A DNA stretch of 25,283 bases, taken from positions 1 to 25,283 of IMG/VR virus record IMGVR_UViG_3300025543_000191. The stretch is one strand, 5' to 3'. The stretch comes from a virus. Taxonomy: Duplodnaviria; Caudoviricetes. Of the stretch, positions 15,866 through 25,188 are shown in pieces; the stretch's first letter is position 1, and each line of letters opens with the position of its first letter. Made by a program: the position numbers and the translations under genes. A model generated the notes under the pieces. It worked only from the letters and a program-made list of their open reading frames with translations, ran no database searches and was not told the DNA's origin.

Positions 15866-16086
15866 GTAGACGAACCCTTTTTTATACAAGTAGCATATGT
15901 CTGTGTGACTGTTATATTATTGTAAATAGCAACCGTTTTCATATCTTCCATTTTTTGAATACTAGCATTCATACATTCTTTTTTAGAACTATAATAAACT
16001 TGAGGATTAGGTGTCATAGGAATACATCCTTCTTGACCTATAAAATCCAGGTGGCATAACATTACAATCATTATAAAAGTTTCCAT
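15862..16086 (-). CDS. hypothetical protein with hydrophobic N-terminus and four Cys
   Basis: ORF track; AAGGA SD. Confidence 0.65.
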   Translation of the reverse strand: METFIMIVMLCHLDFIGQEGCIPMTPNPQVYYSSKKECMNASIQKMEDMKTVAIYNNITVTQTYATCIKKGSST

Positions 16087-16122
16087 TAATGTCCTTCAAT
16101 CTTTTCTATTCGTTTAGTTTCA

Positions 16123-16692
16123 TTACACATTTTTACCTGGAATAGTTATGTGTTGTAACACTTTTCCCTTATTTGGTCCTTCTTTAATAGTGTATCCAGA
16201 AGTTCCATTAGCATTAATTTCTACTTCTTTTCTACTTTGTAATAAAACTTTATTTTTTTCTTCTTTAATTTTATTTTCATAATTTTTAGCTATGATAGGT
16301 TTAAATGTTCCGCCTTTAATATCTGTTAAATCATTTTCTCTATCTAAAAATTTATAATCAATTTTAGTTATTTCAAAATCTCTTTGTATCATTCTACAAA
16401 TTTTTTCAGGATCAAATTCACCACAAGAATATACATCAAATTGCATTAACGCTGGAGATGGTTCATCCCAAACATGCATAACAATATGTGAAGTTTCTAT
16501 AATAGCAGCTCCTGTGATACCCCTATTACCTGGTACATCATGATAAATAACATAAGGACCCATTAATACTTTCATATTAATATATTTAATAAAATCTTCT
16601 AACCATTTAGTTAAAAATTCTGGATTCATAGGTGGGCTGACTGCTTCAGCACGGACAATAAGATGTTTATGTACTAGTACTTCACCGCTCAT
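16123..16692 (-). CDS. speD: pyruvoyl-dependent S-adenosylmethionine decarboxylase (SpeD/SpeH) family protein
   Basis: HKHLIV...GITGAAIIETSHIVMHVWDE...FDVYSC; about 55-aa C-terminal extension. Confidence 0.85.
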   Translation of the reverse strand: MSGEVLVHKHLIVRAEAVSPPMNPEFLTKWLEDFIKYINMKVLMGPYVIYHDVPGNRGITGAAIIETSHIVMHVWDEPSPALMQFDVYSCGEFDPEKICRMIQRDFEITKIDYKFLDRENDLTDIKGGTFKPIIAKNYENKIKEEKNKVLLQSRKEVEINANGTSGYTIKEGPNKGKVLQHITIPGKNV

Positions 16693-16697
16693 TTATA

Positions 16698-17156
16698 TTA
16701 CCAAGGTTTGTAGACAACTTTATCGTTGTCGTTACGCATTGCGCGTAAAGTTTGATTACGGTTATCATCCCCGTTCCACGATACATGAATCCAACCACTG
16801 TTTGGTTGTCCATCTTTATAAAACTCTAAAATGAGTTGGTCAAAATTTAAATTGTTTTTAATCCACATCGCTAACTCCATATTATCTATTCCAGGTATTT
16901 CTAGGTCTGCCGCTTTACCTTCGGCATGCTGCGATGTTGGTTTAGAACCAATTGCAATACAAAGTTCCGCGCTCCGAAATCCGCTTGAAATAATAACAGG
17001 CTTATCAAATTCGGAACGAATAGGCTGCAATATATTAATACATAAAGATTTTAAATTGTCAATTTGATCTGGAGAAGGATTATTAGGTATACCCTTACGC
17101 TCCGCGACTTGCGATTTGATTAATTCAAATAGCTCAAAATTTGCAGATAGCTTCAT
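16698..17156 (-). CDS. peptidase M15A family (putative endolysin)
   Basis: LSANF.L.E, ISSGFRS..L..IG..TSQH..GKAAD, FDQLILE, WIHVS. Confidence 0.9.
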   Translation of the reverse strand: MKLSANFELFELIKSQVAERKGIPNNPSPDQIDNLKSLCINILQPIRSEFDKPVIISSGFRSAELCIAIGSKPTSQHAEGKAADLEIPGIDNMELAMWIKNNLNFDQLILEFYKDGQPNSGWIHVSWNGDDNRNQTLRAMRNDNDKVVYKPW

Positions 17157-17371
17157 GTTAGTAGTTTTTCAATTGCGAAGAGCGCAACTGTTCCCACTGC
17201 TGCTAAAAGAACCCAATAGATCTTGTCTATTTTACCGCCCAATTTCTCTACATCTTCGTGTATGTGTTTTAAGTGGTTGTTTTTAATAGTATATAATTCT
17301 TTTTTCAAACCTGTAATATGGCCGTAAAGCGATACGATATGTTCTCTAACTGTTTTGGGTTCCATTTTCAT
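17153..17371 (-). CDS. coiled-coil plus C-terminal transmembrane protein (holin-like candidate)
   Basis: IKNNHLKH..KIDK followed by IYWVLLAAVGTVALFAI; adjacent to the peptidase. Confidence 0.55.
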   Translation of the reverse strand: MKMEPKTVREHIVSLYGHITGLKKELYTIKNNHLKHIHEDVEKLGGKIDKIYWVLLAAVGTVALFAIEKLLT

Positions 17372-20300
17372 TATTTTATAAAAGCATCTAGTGCATTCGA
17401 TTGTTGAATTAGTTGTGCTGTTTTTGGATTTACACCACTTACTATTTGTTGATTAGCAGCTAGTACAGCTGGGTTACTTGCTGTTACTACTGAAGGTAAT
17501 ACTCCTAGATTTGCTGCTGGTCCTAATGTAGGTTCTGGTAAATTTTCCAATGGATTAATGATAGAAGGAAAATAATCTGTACTTACAGGAACTGATTCCA
17601 ATAGATCTTGAATTCTATCTATAATATCAGAAGCAATGTCAAATGGATTTGGTAGTCCTAATGCAGAAGCATTTATATCAAACAATTCTTGAACAGGTTG
17701 AGAAATTGTTAATGGTCTAAATTCTCCTTCTGTTAAATAATTATAAGCTTTTGATTCACCTCTATTATTCATTTGTTCTTCAATTACATCTTCTTTCATT
17801 CCTATTGTTTTAGCAGCCTTTAAATCTTTATACATTTCTCTGTTTACTTTAAACAAAGCTTCATTTGCTTTTATATAATAATCTACTATTTCTGTTGGAG
17901 TAATAGGTCCTCCTTTTGTTGTTCCCGCTGTAAATATATTTCTAGAATTTCTAACTCCATCTTTATAATCTTTTATTTTGTATCCTAATGATTTTTCTGG
18001 ATTTACTTTAACAGTTCTCATTCCAGCAATGCCTCTTAATTCATTTCCTAATTCATATTCATTTCCCCTAATATCAAATTTTCCTGTACTATCTATTGGT
18101 TTCATTGCTAAACCAATTCTTTCTAATTGTTTCCAGTTTAATGGTGCTTGAGACTCTATTAAATGAGCCATTCCTTTGTATATTTTATCTCCTGTAGAAT
18201 CTTCTTTATTCCATATTCTTCTTCCTTCAGTATCTATACCACCTCTTCCTAAAATTGGAGACACATCTTGTAAAGCTTCTGTCCAAATAGATTCAGTAAT
18301 AAAAGGAGACCCTAATTCTTTTGTAGATTCGATCAATCCTAATAAAAAATCTCCCATGATTCCATTTTTATCTGTTCTTCCTTCTTGGACTGCATTTAAC
18401 ACTGTTTGAATAGGTCTGGTAATAGTATCATAAGCATTCATATGTGAAAAATCTATATATTCTAAATTTCCTTTTTCATCTCTTAATGGTATCAGCGTAG
18501 AATTTTTAGACCATTTAGGTACAAATCTTCTTATAGCTTCTAATTCTTCTTGTGATACATCATATAACATTTGACCTGCTGAAACAGCCGCATATGGAAC
18601 AGCTGCAGAAGTAATACCCATTCCAATTAATCTTTGCATACCAATAGACCTTAATGGATTAATTTGTTTACCATTAATAGTAGTAGTATAATAAATTTCA
18701 TCTAAAGCTCTTTGAACAATATTTGTACTTGTTCTCATTATTTCTGCAGGAAAAGATACAAAATTTCCTAATGGAAATTTTCTTAATCCTTTAACAAATT
18801 CAGAAACAAATGCGTAATTAGGAATTTGATTTTTAACTAAATTTGCAGCTTCTTGTTCTAAAAACTCTTGATTAAATATTCTTTCAACACCAGAAGTATC
18901 TGTAAATTTTTGACCAAATCTTAATCCAGAATTTTTATATGCTTTTTCTAATCGTTTGCTTTCACCAAACCAACTAAAAATTTTCCAAAAATCATCTTCC
19001 GCTGTATACGCATCTTGTGCAAATTTTTTAACTTGAGATAATCTTTTAAATAATCCATTAATGCTATTTACAGAACCAAGAGTTGATCCAAAATCAACAT
19101 CTTTTAAAAGTCTTTGTAAATCTCCTAATTGAACTTGTGAATTAACAACTCCTAATTTTAATAATTTTTGATATAGTTCATTTCCTGCTTTGGTTCTAGT
19201 TCCTACTTGTAATGCTTCAAATGATTGTCTAACCGCTTGTGCATCTCCAAAAGGAATAATACCATTTGCTGCAGCAAATGCTCCAGCACTTAAAAAGTTT
19301 CTTGCGTGAGTAAAAGGAGCTAAAACTGTTTTAGCCATTTGTGAAGTAGCTTTTGGATATAAAACTAAATTTTGATACAACTGTGCCCCAAACCCTTCTC
19401 CCATTAATGATTTTTCTACTCCTTGAATAGCTTCTGTATTACCTTTTAATGCAAATTTATTTTGTAAAGGATTTAGTATTTGTTCATCTACTCTTTTTTG
19501 TAATAAAGCTTCTTTAGCATCTAAAGGTTTTAATGTTTGCGCTCTATCAATTCCTGAATCAAATCTTAATTGTTCACCAACATCTTCAGCAGAACCACCA
19601 AAATATCTATATGCATCTGCTTGTGAATCTACAAATATAGGGGCCGCTGGTCTTGGACCAACTTTGCCATTTTTTAACCAATCATCATATACAGCTTTTG
19701 CTTTATTGGACTGAATTAATAAACTATCATAAAATTCATTTCTTCTTACAATTGCAGATAATTTGTTAGTGCCTGTTAATATTGTAGACATTGCATCATC
19801 TGTTTTTCCTAAAAGTTTTTTAATTGCATCTCTTCTATTTATTTCTAAACCGTCTACTTTAATAATATTATCAGGTATATCCGACAGTTGATATTTTTTT
19901 GGAGTTAAGTCAGCAGCTCTTTTAGCAAAAGATTTTTCTACAAAAAAATCAGGTATTTTAAAATAAGCATCTGATGGACTTTTTAATTTAAAACCTTTTT
20001 CTATTTTTGCTGTTTTCCATACTTCATTAACTAAATTATCAGCTGTTTCTTCATTTAAATTAATACCTGACTTTTTAGCAATTGCTTGAAATTGTTTTGC
20101 TGTTTCTTTAATAATTTGATTAGATGGTTTGTAAAGTTTAAGAGCTTCTATGGGATCATTTTTAAAAACTTCATAACCAGAATCTAACCAGGTAGTTACC
20201 TTATCCTCAAATGTTTTTTTAAAAGTTTTAAGACCCTTATCATCTAATCTTCTACCTATTGATGAAAACATATTTCCCCAATAAGATCTCATTCCATTTA

Positions 20301-21582
20301 AGTTTAATAAAATATCATCTTGCATTTCAGGAGAAGCACCATATTTTTTTAATGTTTTTTTAAAATCATTTTCTATTTTGTTAGAAATTTTTCCAAACCC
20401 AACACTAAATCCTGGTTCTGTTAATTCTTTTTTTAAAGTAGGATTTTTAACAATTTCATCTAAAGTTTTACCAGATTGTCTCCCTGCTTCATTTAATTGA
20501 ACATCATAATAATTTGGTTTTAATTCACCTTTTTTAATACCAGACAACAATGTTTGATTCATTTCTTTTTTTATATTTTTTATTTGAGAAACAGTTTCTG
20601 TATTATTAAATAATCTTTTAAAAAAAGGAAATAATTGATTAATATTTCTATCTAAATCAAAAGCTATATTTTCACCAAAATTAACATCTGCGCTACGTGC
20701 TCCTGTTTCTTTATTTAAGCCTTCGAATACAGGTGTTGTTTTTTTACCTCTCGATCTAAATGAAGAAGATATCCATTCATCCATAAATTTATTAAATTTT
20801 CCATCAACAACTCTTCCTTTATCTTTTTGATTTTTTAATTTTTTAACAGTAGCTCCAAGTCCACCTAATATTCCGGTAAAAGCAGCTCCTTCCAAACCAA
20901 ATTTAAGTCTATTCAATAATTCATCTTCAGGAGTATCACTTTCTCTTTCTAATGCACTTGGTCCGCCAATTAAATCACCAAAGGTTCCAACTTCTTTTAC
21001 ATCATCTACAAATAAACCTTCCGCTATTCCACCTAATCCAGCACCAGAAGCATAAGATAAAACTTTTTCTCCTTTAGTAGCCGTTCTAGAAAAAGCATCA
21101 TCCACTAAATTAGTTTCTCTTTTATTTAATTTTTCTATTCCTTTTAATTTTTTTGTAATTGCTTTTGAAGTATCACCACCTAGATCTAAATATTTTCCAC
21201 TTTTTCTAGCTATTAGAGCACTTTTAGCTAAACTACTTCCAGCTTTAAACGCAAATCCTCCAGGCACTGCTAAATTAGTAATAACTTCAGTTAGTTTCCC
21301 TGCTGTTGTTTTTTCTGCTAATTCATCAAATGGATTAATATCCGCAAACCATTTTTCTACTTGTGCTGCTTTATTACTATCAGCACCTAAATCCAATAAA
21401 GTTGCTCCTAATGAAACAATTCCTTCTGGAATTTTAATAAGTCCGGATCCAATACCAGCTAGTGCTGATACAATAGTGCTTGTTGTATTATTTTCTTCGG
21501 GACCTGTAAGTTTAGTGGCATCATTTCCTACAGAATCTAAACCAAGTTTTTTATTAAGTTCTTCTTGGGTAAACTGGACCAT
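17371..21582 (-). CDS. large putative internal virion / DNA-ejection protein (1403 aa)
   Basis: Size, Gly/Ala-rich amphipathic N-terminus, P.GNFVSFPAE..R segment, and last position in the ejection cluster. Confidence 0.7.
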   Translation of the reverse strand: MVQFTQEELNKKLGLDSVGNDATKLTGPEENNTTSTIVSALAGIGSGLIKIPEGIVSLGATLLDLGADSNKAAQVEKWFADINPFDELAEKTTAGKLTEVITNLAVPGGFAFKAGSSLAKSALIARKSGKYLDLGGDTSKAITKKLKGIEKLNKRETNLVDDAFSRTATKGEKVLSYASGAGLGGIAEGLFVDDVKEVGTFGDLIGGPSALERESDTPEDELLNRLKFGLEGAAFTGILGGLGATVKKLKNQKDKGRVVDGKFNKFMDEWISSSFRSRGKKTTPVFEGLNKETGARSADVNFGENIAFDLDRNINQLFPFFKRLFNNTETVSQIKNIKKEMNQTLLSGIKKGELKPNYYDVQLNEAGRQSGKTLDEIVKNPTLKKELTEPGFSVGFGKISNKIENDFKKTLKKYGASPEMQDDILLNLNGMRSYWGNMFSSIGRRLDDKGLKTFKKTFEDKVTTWLDSGYEVFKNDPIEALKLYKPSNQIIKETAKQFQAIAKKSGINLNEETADNLVNEVWKTAKIEKGFKLKSPSDAYFKIPDFFVEKSFAKRAADLTPKKYQLSDIPDNIIKVDGLEINRRDAIKKLLGKTDDAMSTILTGTNKLSAIVRRNEFYDSLLIQSNKAKAVYDDWLKNGKVGPRPAAPIFVDSQADAYRYFGGSAEDVGEQLRFDSGIDRAQTLKPLDAKEALLQKRVDEQILNPLQNKFALKGNTEAIQGVEKSLMGEGFGAQLYQNLVLYPKATSQMAKTVLAPFTHARNFLSAGAFAAANGIIPFGDAQAVRQSFEALQVGTRTKAGNELYQKLLKLGVVNSQVQLGDLQRLLKDVDFGSTLGSVNSINGLFKRLSQVKKFAQDAYTAEDDFWKIFSWFGESKRLEKAYKNSGLRFGQKFTDTSGVERIFNQEFLEQEAANLVKNQIPNYAFVSEFVKGLRKFPLGNFVSFPAEIMRTSTNIVQRALDEIYYTTTINGKQINPLRSIGMQRLIGMGITSAAVPYAAVSAGQMLYDVSQEELEAIRRFVPKWSKNSTLIPLRDEKGNLEYIDFSHMNAYDTITRPIQTVLNAVQEGRTDKNGIMGDFLLGLIESTKELGSPFITESIWTEALQDVSPILGRGGIDTEGRRIWNKEDSTGDKIYKGMAHLIESQAPLNWKQLERIGLAMKPIDSTGKFDIRGNEYELGNELRGIAGMRTVKVNPEKSLGYKIKDYKDGVRNSRNIFTAGTTKGGPITPTEIVDYYIKANEALFKVNREMYKDLKAAKTIGMKEDVIEEQMNNRGESKAYNYLTEGEFRPLTISQPVQELFDINASALGLPNPFDIASDIIDRIQDLLESVPVSTDYFPSIINPLENLPEPTLGPAANLGVLPSVVTASNPAVLAANQQIVSGVNPKTAQLIQQSNALDAFIK

Positions 21583-21591
21583 AATATTTAC

Positions 21592-22800
21592 CTACCTTAT
21601 TCTGTGAACTTCTTGAGGTTCTCCTTCAATTACTTTAAATACAATCTTGTCTCCGGTTCCTGTGTCTTGAATATAAAATTTTCCTTCTATTAATTTTTGA
21701 CCAGGCATAAACTCTCCACCATAGCTATTACTTCCATATTTTTTATCAATAGCTTGTCCAATTACTCCTGGATTTTTATAATTTTTACCTAAATTTTTTG
21801 CAGTTTCTTGTAAGTTAGTTTCAAATGATTGTAGTTTAGGATCAGACATTTTTAATCTCAACATAGCTTCATAATCCGCTTTTCCTAATAAAGTTTTTAA
21901 TTGTTCTTGTGATCTCTTACTTGCAATTTTATCTTTTATATCAAGCATTGCTGCAGCTTGTTCAATTTTTTCTGCTCTACCTGGGCCTGCTGCTACTTCT
22001 GCTGCCATGAAATCTCCCAATGCTTCTGTAATTCCTCTGGTTTCTCCTCTTGCAGGGCGTTTTAAAAATGCAGCACTTGCTCTTCCAAGCATATCACTAA
22101 CATCTCTTTTCCTAGCTTTATCTCCACCTAACATTTTAATATAATCTTCTACACTTAATTCAGTTGATTCTGTTTTAATATTTTTTTCAGCACCGCTTGA
22201 TTTTTCTTTTTCTTTTTCTGTTTTTATTTTTTCAGTTCCTGTATAACCGGTAATTTTTCCTTCACTATTGTATATAGGTTTAACTTTATCCTCATCTTTT
22301 ATTCCATATTGTTCTTCACTACCTTGAGTATCACTTTCTGTTATTTTTTTAGTTCTTTGTTGTTCTAAAAAAGTTCTAAAATCATCTGATTTACTTTTTT
22401 GTAAAGGAATTAAATTTCCAGAAGCATCTCTTATTGGATCTCCTTCTGCATTTGTTTCATAACCAGTTTCTTCTGGTTTTATAAATTCTAAATATTGTTC
22501 TGTAAATTGTCTACCAGGAGACATAAAACCAAAACCAGCTCCTATGCTTTCTTGATCTGATGGAAGATAAGTTGAATATGGATTTATTTGTAAATTTGGA
22601 TTTAATTTTAATAACTCTGCTCCTGTAGTTGGTTTAGTAAGACCAGCTAATGCTTGTGCTCTTTGTGCTTGTCCTGCAGTTCCGGGATATGAATTTGCTA
22701 ATCCAACTCTACCACCATTCATTAATCCAGAAGTAATCCCCGTTCCGCGGCTCTCGACGCGTCCACCTCTAAACATAGGTCTTCTTAAAATTTTACTCAT
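21592..22800 (-). CDS. putative internal virion protein (402 aa)
   Basis: MSKILRRPMFRGG N-terminus, NGGRVG motif; translationally coupled (TAATG). Confidence 0.65.
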   Translation of the reverse strand: MSKILRRPMFRGGRVESRGTGITSGLMNGGRVGLANSYPGTAGQAQRAQALAGLTKPTTGAELLKLNPNLQINPYSTYLPSDQESIGAGFGFMSPGRQFTEQYLEFIKPEETGYETNAEGDPIRDASGNLIPLQKSKSDDFRTFLEQQRTKKITESDTQGSEEQYGIKDEDKVKPIYNSEGKITGYTGTEKIKTEKEKEKSSGAEKNIKTESTELSVEDYIKMLGGDKARKRDVSDMLGRASAAFLKRPARGETRGITEALGDFMAAEVAAGPGRAEKIEQAAAMLDIKDKIASKRSQEQLKTLLGKADYEAMLRLKMSDPKLQSFETNLQETAKNLGKNYKNPGVIGQAIDKKYGSNSYGGEFMPGQKLIEGKFYIQDTGTGDKIVFKVIEGEPQEVHRIR

Positions 22801-23552
22801 TAGCCAAACAATCCTAATTTGGATCCAATGCTAGCAATTCCTGTTCCTACTCCCAATGCAGTAGATAAAGGACTAACTGGAGCTTGAGGCTGTTGATATC
22901 CAACACTTTGTGTTGGGAAAGCACCTGGTTGAATTTGTGCTAATTGTTGACCTACTAAACCAAGTCTTGTGAATGGTTCATAAGTAGCTTCTTTAGCTGC
23001 AACTTGTGCTGCATCTAGAATAGCTTGTTGTTGTGCTTGGCCAGCTTGACCTAATTGAGTTTGGTATGTTCCTAAACCTTGTTGTGCTTGTAATTGTTTT
23101 AATGCTTGATCTTGTGCTGATTGAAAACCTTGTTGTTGTAATCCAGCTTGTGCTTGTGCTCTTTTCATTAAAGCATTTACATCATACTCTGCTAATTGAA
23201 CACCTTCTCTACCACCACCAAACGCACCTGCTTGAATTGCTTGTTGTCCAATACCTTGTCTTTGAATCGCTGCTTGTCTATCCATTTCTGCAAGAGTCGT
23301 ATCAATGACTTCTTGTTGATAAGGTGACATGTAAGCTTGATAAGCTTCTGGTCCAACTAATGAACCTAATCCACCAGCCGAAGTTCTCGCTTGTTGTTGT
23401 AATGCTGATTCAGCTGCAATTTGCGGAGCGTAGGCACCGGTCTGAATCTGTTGACCCATAAGAGGTTCAAGAGATTTAAGAAACGCGGTTAGCGAACCTT
23501 CTAAAATAGGTGATGTTAATGTTTGTGTTACTGATGTTGGTGTTACTGCCAT
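22800..23552 (-). CDS. putative DNA transfer / ejection protein (Gln/Ala-rich, 250 aa)
   Basis: YMSPYQQEVID, GAFGGGR.G, C-terminal Gly-rich amphipathic tail (LGVGTGIASIGSKLGLFG). Confidence 0.7.
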   Translation of the reverse strand: MAVTPTSVTQTLTSPILEGSLTAFLKSLEPLMGQQIQTGAYAPQIAAESALQQQARTSAGGLGSLVGPEAYQAYMSPYQQEVIDTTLAEMDRQAAIQRQGIGQQAIQAGAFGGGREGVQLAEYDVNALMKRAQAQAGLQQQGFQSAQDQALKQLQAQQGLGTYQTQLGQAGQAQQQAILDAAQVAAKEATYEPFTRLGLVGQQLAQIQPGAFPTQSVGYQQPQAPVSPLSTALGVGTGIASIGSKLGLFG

Positions 23553-23553
23553 G

Positions 23554-24681
23554 TTATGCTTTTGCTTCCAGGTTGTTCATTAATTCGTACATTCTTCTTG
23601 CTCCTTCATTGACACTTCCACCACCCGCAGCTCTCACTGCATCAGCGGTCATTACAAATTCATTTTTAGAAAGTCTTGCAGGAACGTCGTCCGCTCTTTC
23701 TTGTGCTCCAACAGGAATAAATCCACCACCTCTATAATCCATTTCCATAGATGGCATTCCACCACCCATTAAACCTATAATACCACCATTAGCTTTATTT
23801 TCTTCTTCTGCTTGTTTTTCAAATAATTTCATAGCTTTTTCTTTAGAAATAGGTTTTCCATTTTCATCATAATATATAACACCACTTCTTTCATAGTCCG
23901 TATAAGATACATCTCCTCCTCCTACATATCCAACTCTACCACCATTTCTTAAACCTAATGTTGCTAATGTAGAAGTAATAGTATCATCATCTAGTCCTGC
24001 TCTTGTCATGGAAGCTAAAATAGCTGCTCTTCTTCCTGCATTAAAATCTGCTAGTTGTTGTCCTGTGAAATCTTGCCAGCCTTGATATTCTTTTTCATAA
24101 TCTTCTTTAGCTTTTTGTGCTGCAATAACTGCTTGTTCAGTTGCTGCCATTCCTACTGAAGGAGCAGCTGCTTTTATACTTTGCATTAAACTTGCTTCAG
24201 GTGAAGCACCTGCACTTAAAAAATCTGATGCGCTTTGTAATCCTGAAATTCCTAAATTTTTAGCTTGATCTAATATACCTAATTCACCTCCAGCTAATCC
24301 TGTTGCACCTGGGTCTGGAATTGCTGTTTTAAGACCTCCTAACATTTCTGAACCACCTGGTGCAGTTAATGCTCCTGTACCTGCTGCTAATGCTAATGAT
24401 AAAGGATTAATACCTCTTTCAGCCGCACCCTCTTGCGCAGCTTGTGAAGTTAAATTTAAACCACCTGATATTAAAGCTCTTTGTATCATTGGATTAGATA
24501 TTCCTAAACTACCTAAACCACCAGCCATAGCTCCATATGCTCCTGGTGCTAAAAATGGAAATGCTGCCGCTAAATAAGGTAACGCAGGTTTGATTTCATT
24601 AGGTACTATTTTATCTAATACCTTTGCAACTGGTTTAGTTACTTTTTTAATTACTTTGCTAACTGGATTAGAACCACCCAT
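23554..24681 (-). CDS. putative internal virion protein (375 aa) with C-terminal DDVPARLSKNEFV domain
   Basis: MGG.. Lys-rich amphipathic N-terminus, hydrophobic Gly/Ala segment, repeated GG motifs. Confidence 0.65.
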   Translation of the reverse strand: MGGSNPVSKVIKKVTKPVAKVLDKIVPNEIKPALPYLAAAFPFLAPGAYGAMAGGLGSLGISNPMIQRALISGGLNLTSQAAQEGAAERGINPLSLALAAGTGALTAPGGSEMLGGLKTAIPDPGATGLAGGELGILDQAKNLGISGLQSASDFLSAGASPEASLMQSIKAAAPSVGMAATEQAVIAAQKAKEDYEKEYQGWQDFTGQQLADFNAGRRAAILASMTRAGLDDDTITSTLATLGLRNGGRVGYVGGGDVSYTDYERSGVIYYDENGKPISKEKAMKLFEKQAEEENKANGGIIGLMGGGMPSMEMDYRGGGFIPVGAQERADDVPARLSKNEFVMTADAVRAAGGGSVNEGARRMYELMNNLEAKA

Positions 24682-25121
24682 TACTTATAAATCTCCTTCG
24701 TATATCTTGTTGTTTTTCTATAGATATTATCATTGTCATCTACACGAAGCCAATGAACTGGTTTTCCCAAACCTAGTAAATTAGTAAAATATTGTTTTGT
24801 CCAACGCATAACTTTTTTAATATCTTTAACACAAACGGTATCAACATGCCATACTATATTACCACTGTTCCATTTATTGTCATCTATAAACCCAGTTTGT
24901 ACAAAATAGTCACTAGACTCTTTATCTAAAAAAGCCCAATTGGTAAAAGCAATCACTTCGTCTCCGTTTTTATGTATTTTATATTGATTCAATTTAAAAG
25001 AAGGTAGTAGGTGATAGTATAGATTTTCTTTAGTATTTATCTTATATCTATCAAACTTCTTATATAAAGATATAACTTGATATATATCTTTAATAATCTT
25101 CTTATCAAATATGAAATCCAT
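24681..25121 (-). CDS. RTX toxin-activating lysine acyltransferase (HlyC/TAAT)-like protein
   Basis: LLPSFKLNQY, IAFTNWAFL, WNSGNIVWHVD and WLR match the HlyC-family motif order. Confidence 0.75.
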   Translation of the reverse strand: MDFIFDKKIIKDIYQVISLYKKFDRYKINTKENLYYHLLPSFKLNQYKIHKNGDEVIAFTNWAFLDKESSDYFVQTGFIDDNKWNSGNIVWHVDTVCVKDIKKVMRWTKQYFTNLLGLGKPVHWLRVDDNDNIYRKTTRYTKEIYK

Positions 25122-25159
25122 GGCAAGCTGGCTAGTCTTGAATTAAGCCTGAACCCAGT

Positions 25160-25188
25160 AATTTACTAGGTTTTACTGTACTAGTCAA
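25160..25188 (-). promoter_or_regulatory. putative sigma70 promoter for the acyltransferase and virion protein operon
   Basis: TTGACT (25188-25183), 17 nt, TAAATT (25165-25160). Confidence 0.6.

Noticed and set aside
16086-16130. 14-codon ORF MCNETKRIEKIEGH bridging speD and the next gene
   Set aside because: Too short to support; easily arises by chance
3272-24784. Numerous 60-97 aa track ORFs lying antisense or out of frame within larger genes (e.g. 3272, 5046, 5980, 5999, 6250, 8460, 9534, 11348, 11529, 11560, 11882, 12455, 13164, 14690, 15439, 16831, 18176, 23033, 23510, 24590)
   Set aside because: Overlap well-supported genes, mostly use non-ATG starts and show no recognisable motifs
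25122-25158. Imperfect hairpin in the acyltransferase leader (CTGG..AGGCTT/AAGACT..CCAG), no clear SD
   Set aside because: Weak, interrupted pairing; not distinguishable from chance without an alignment
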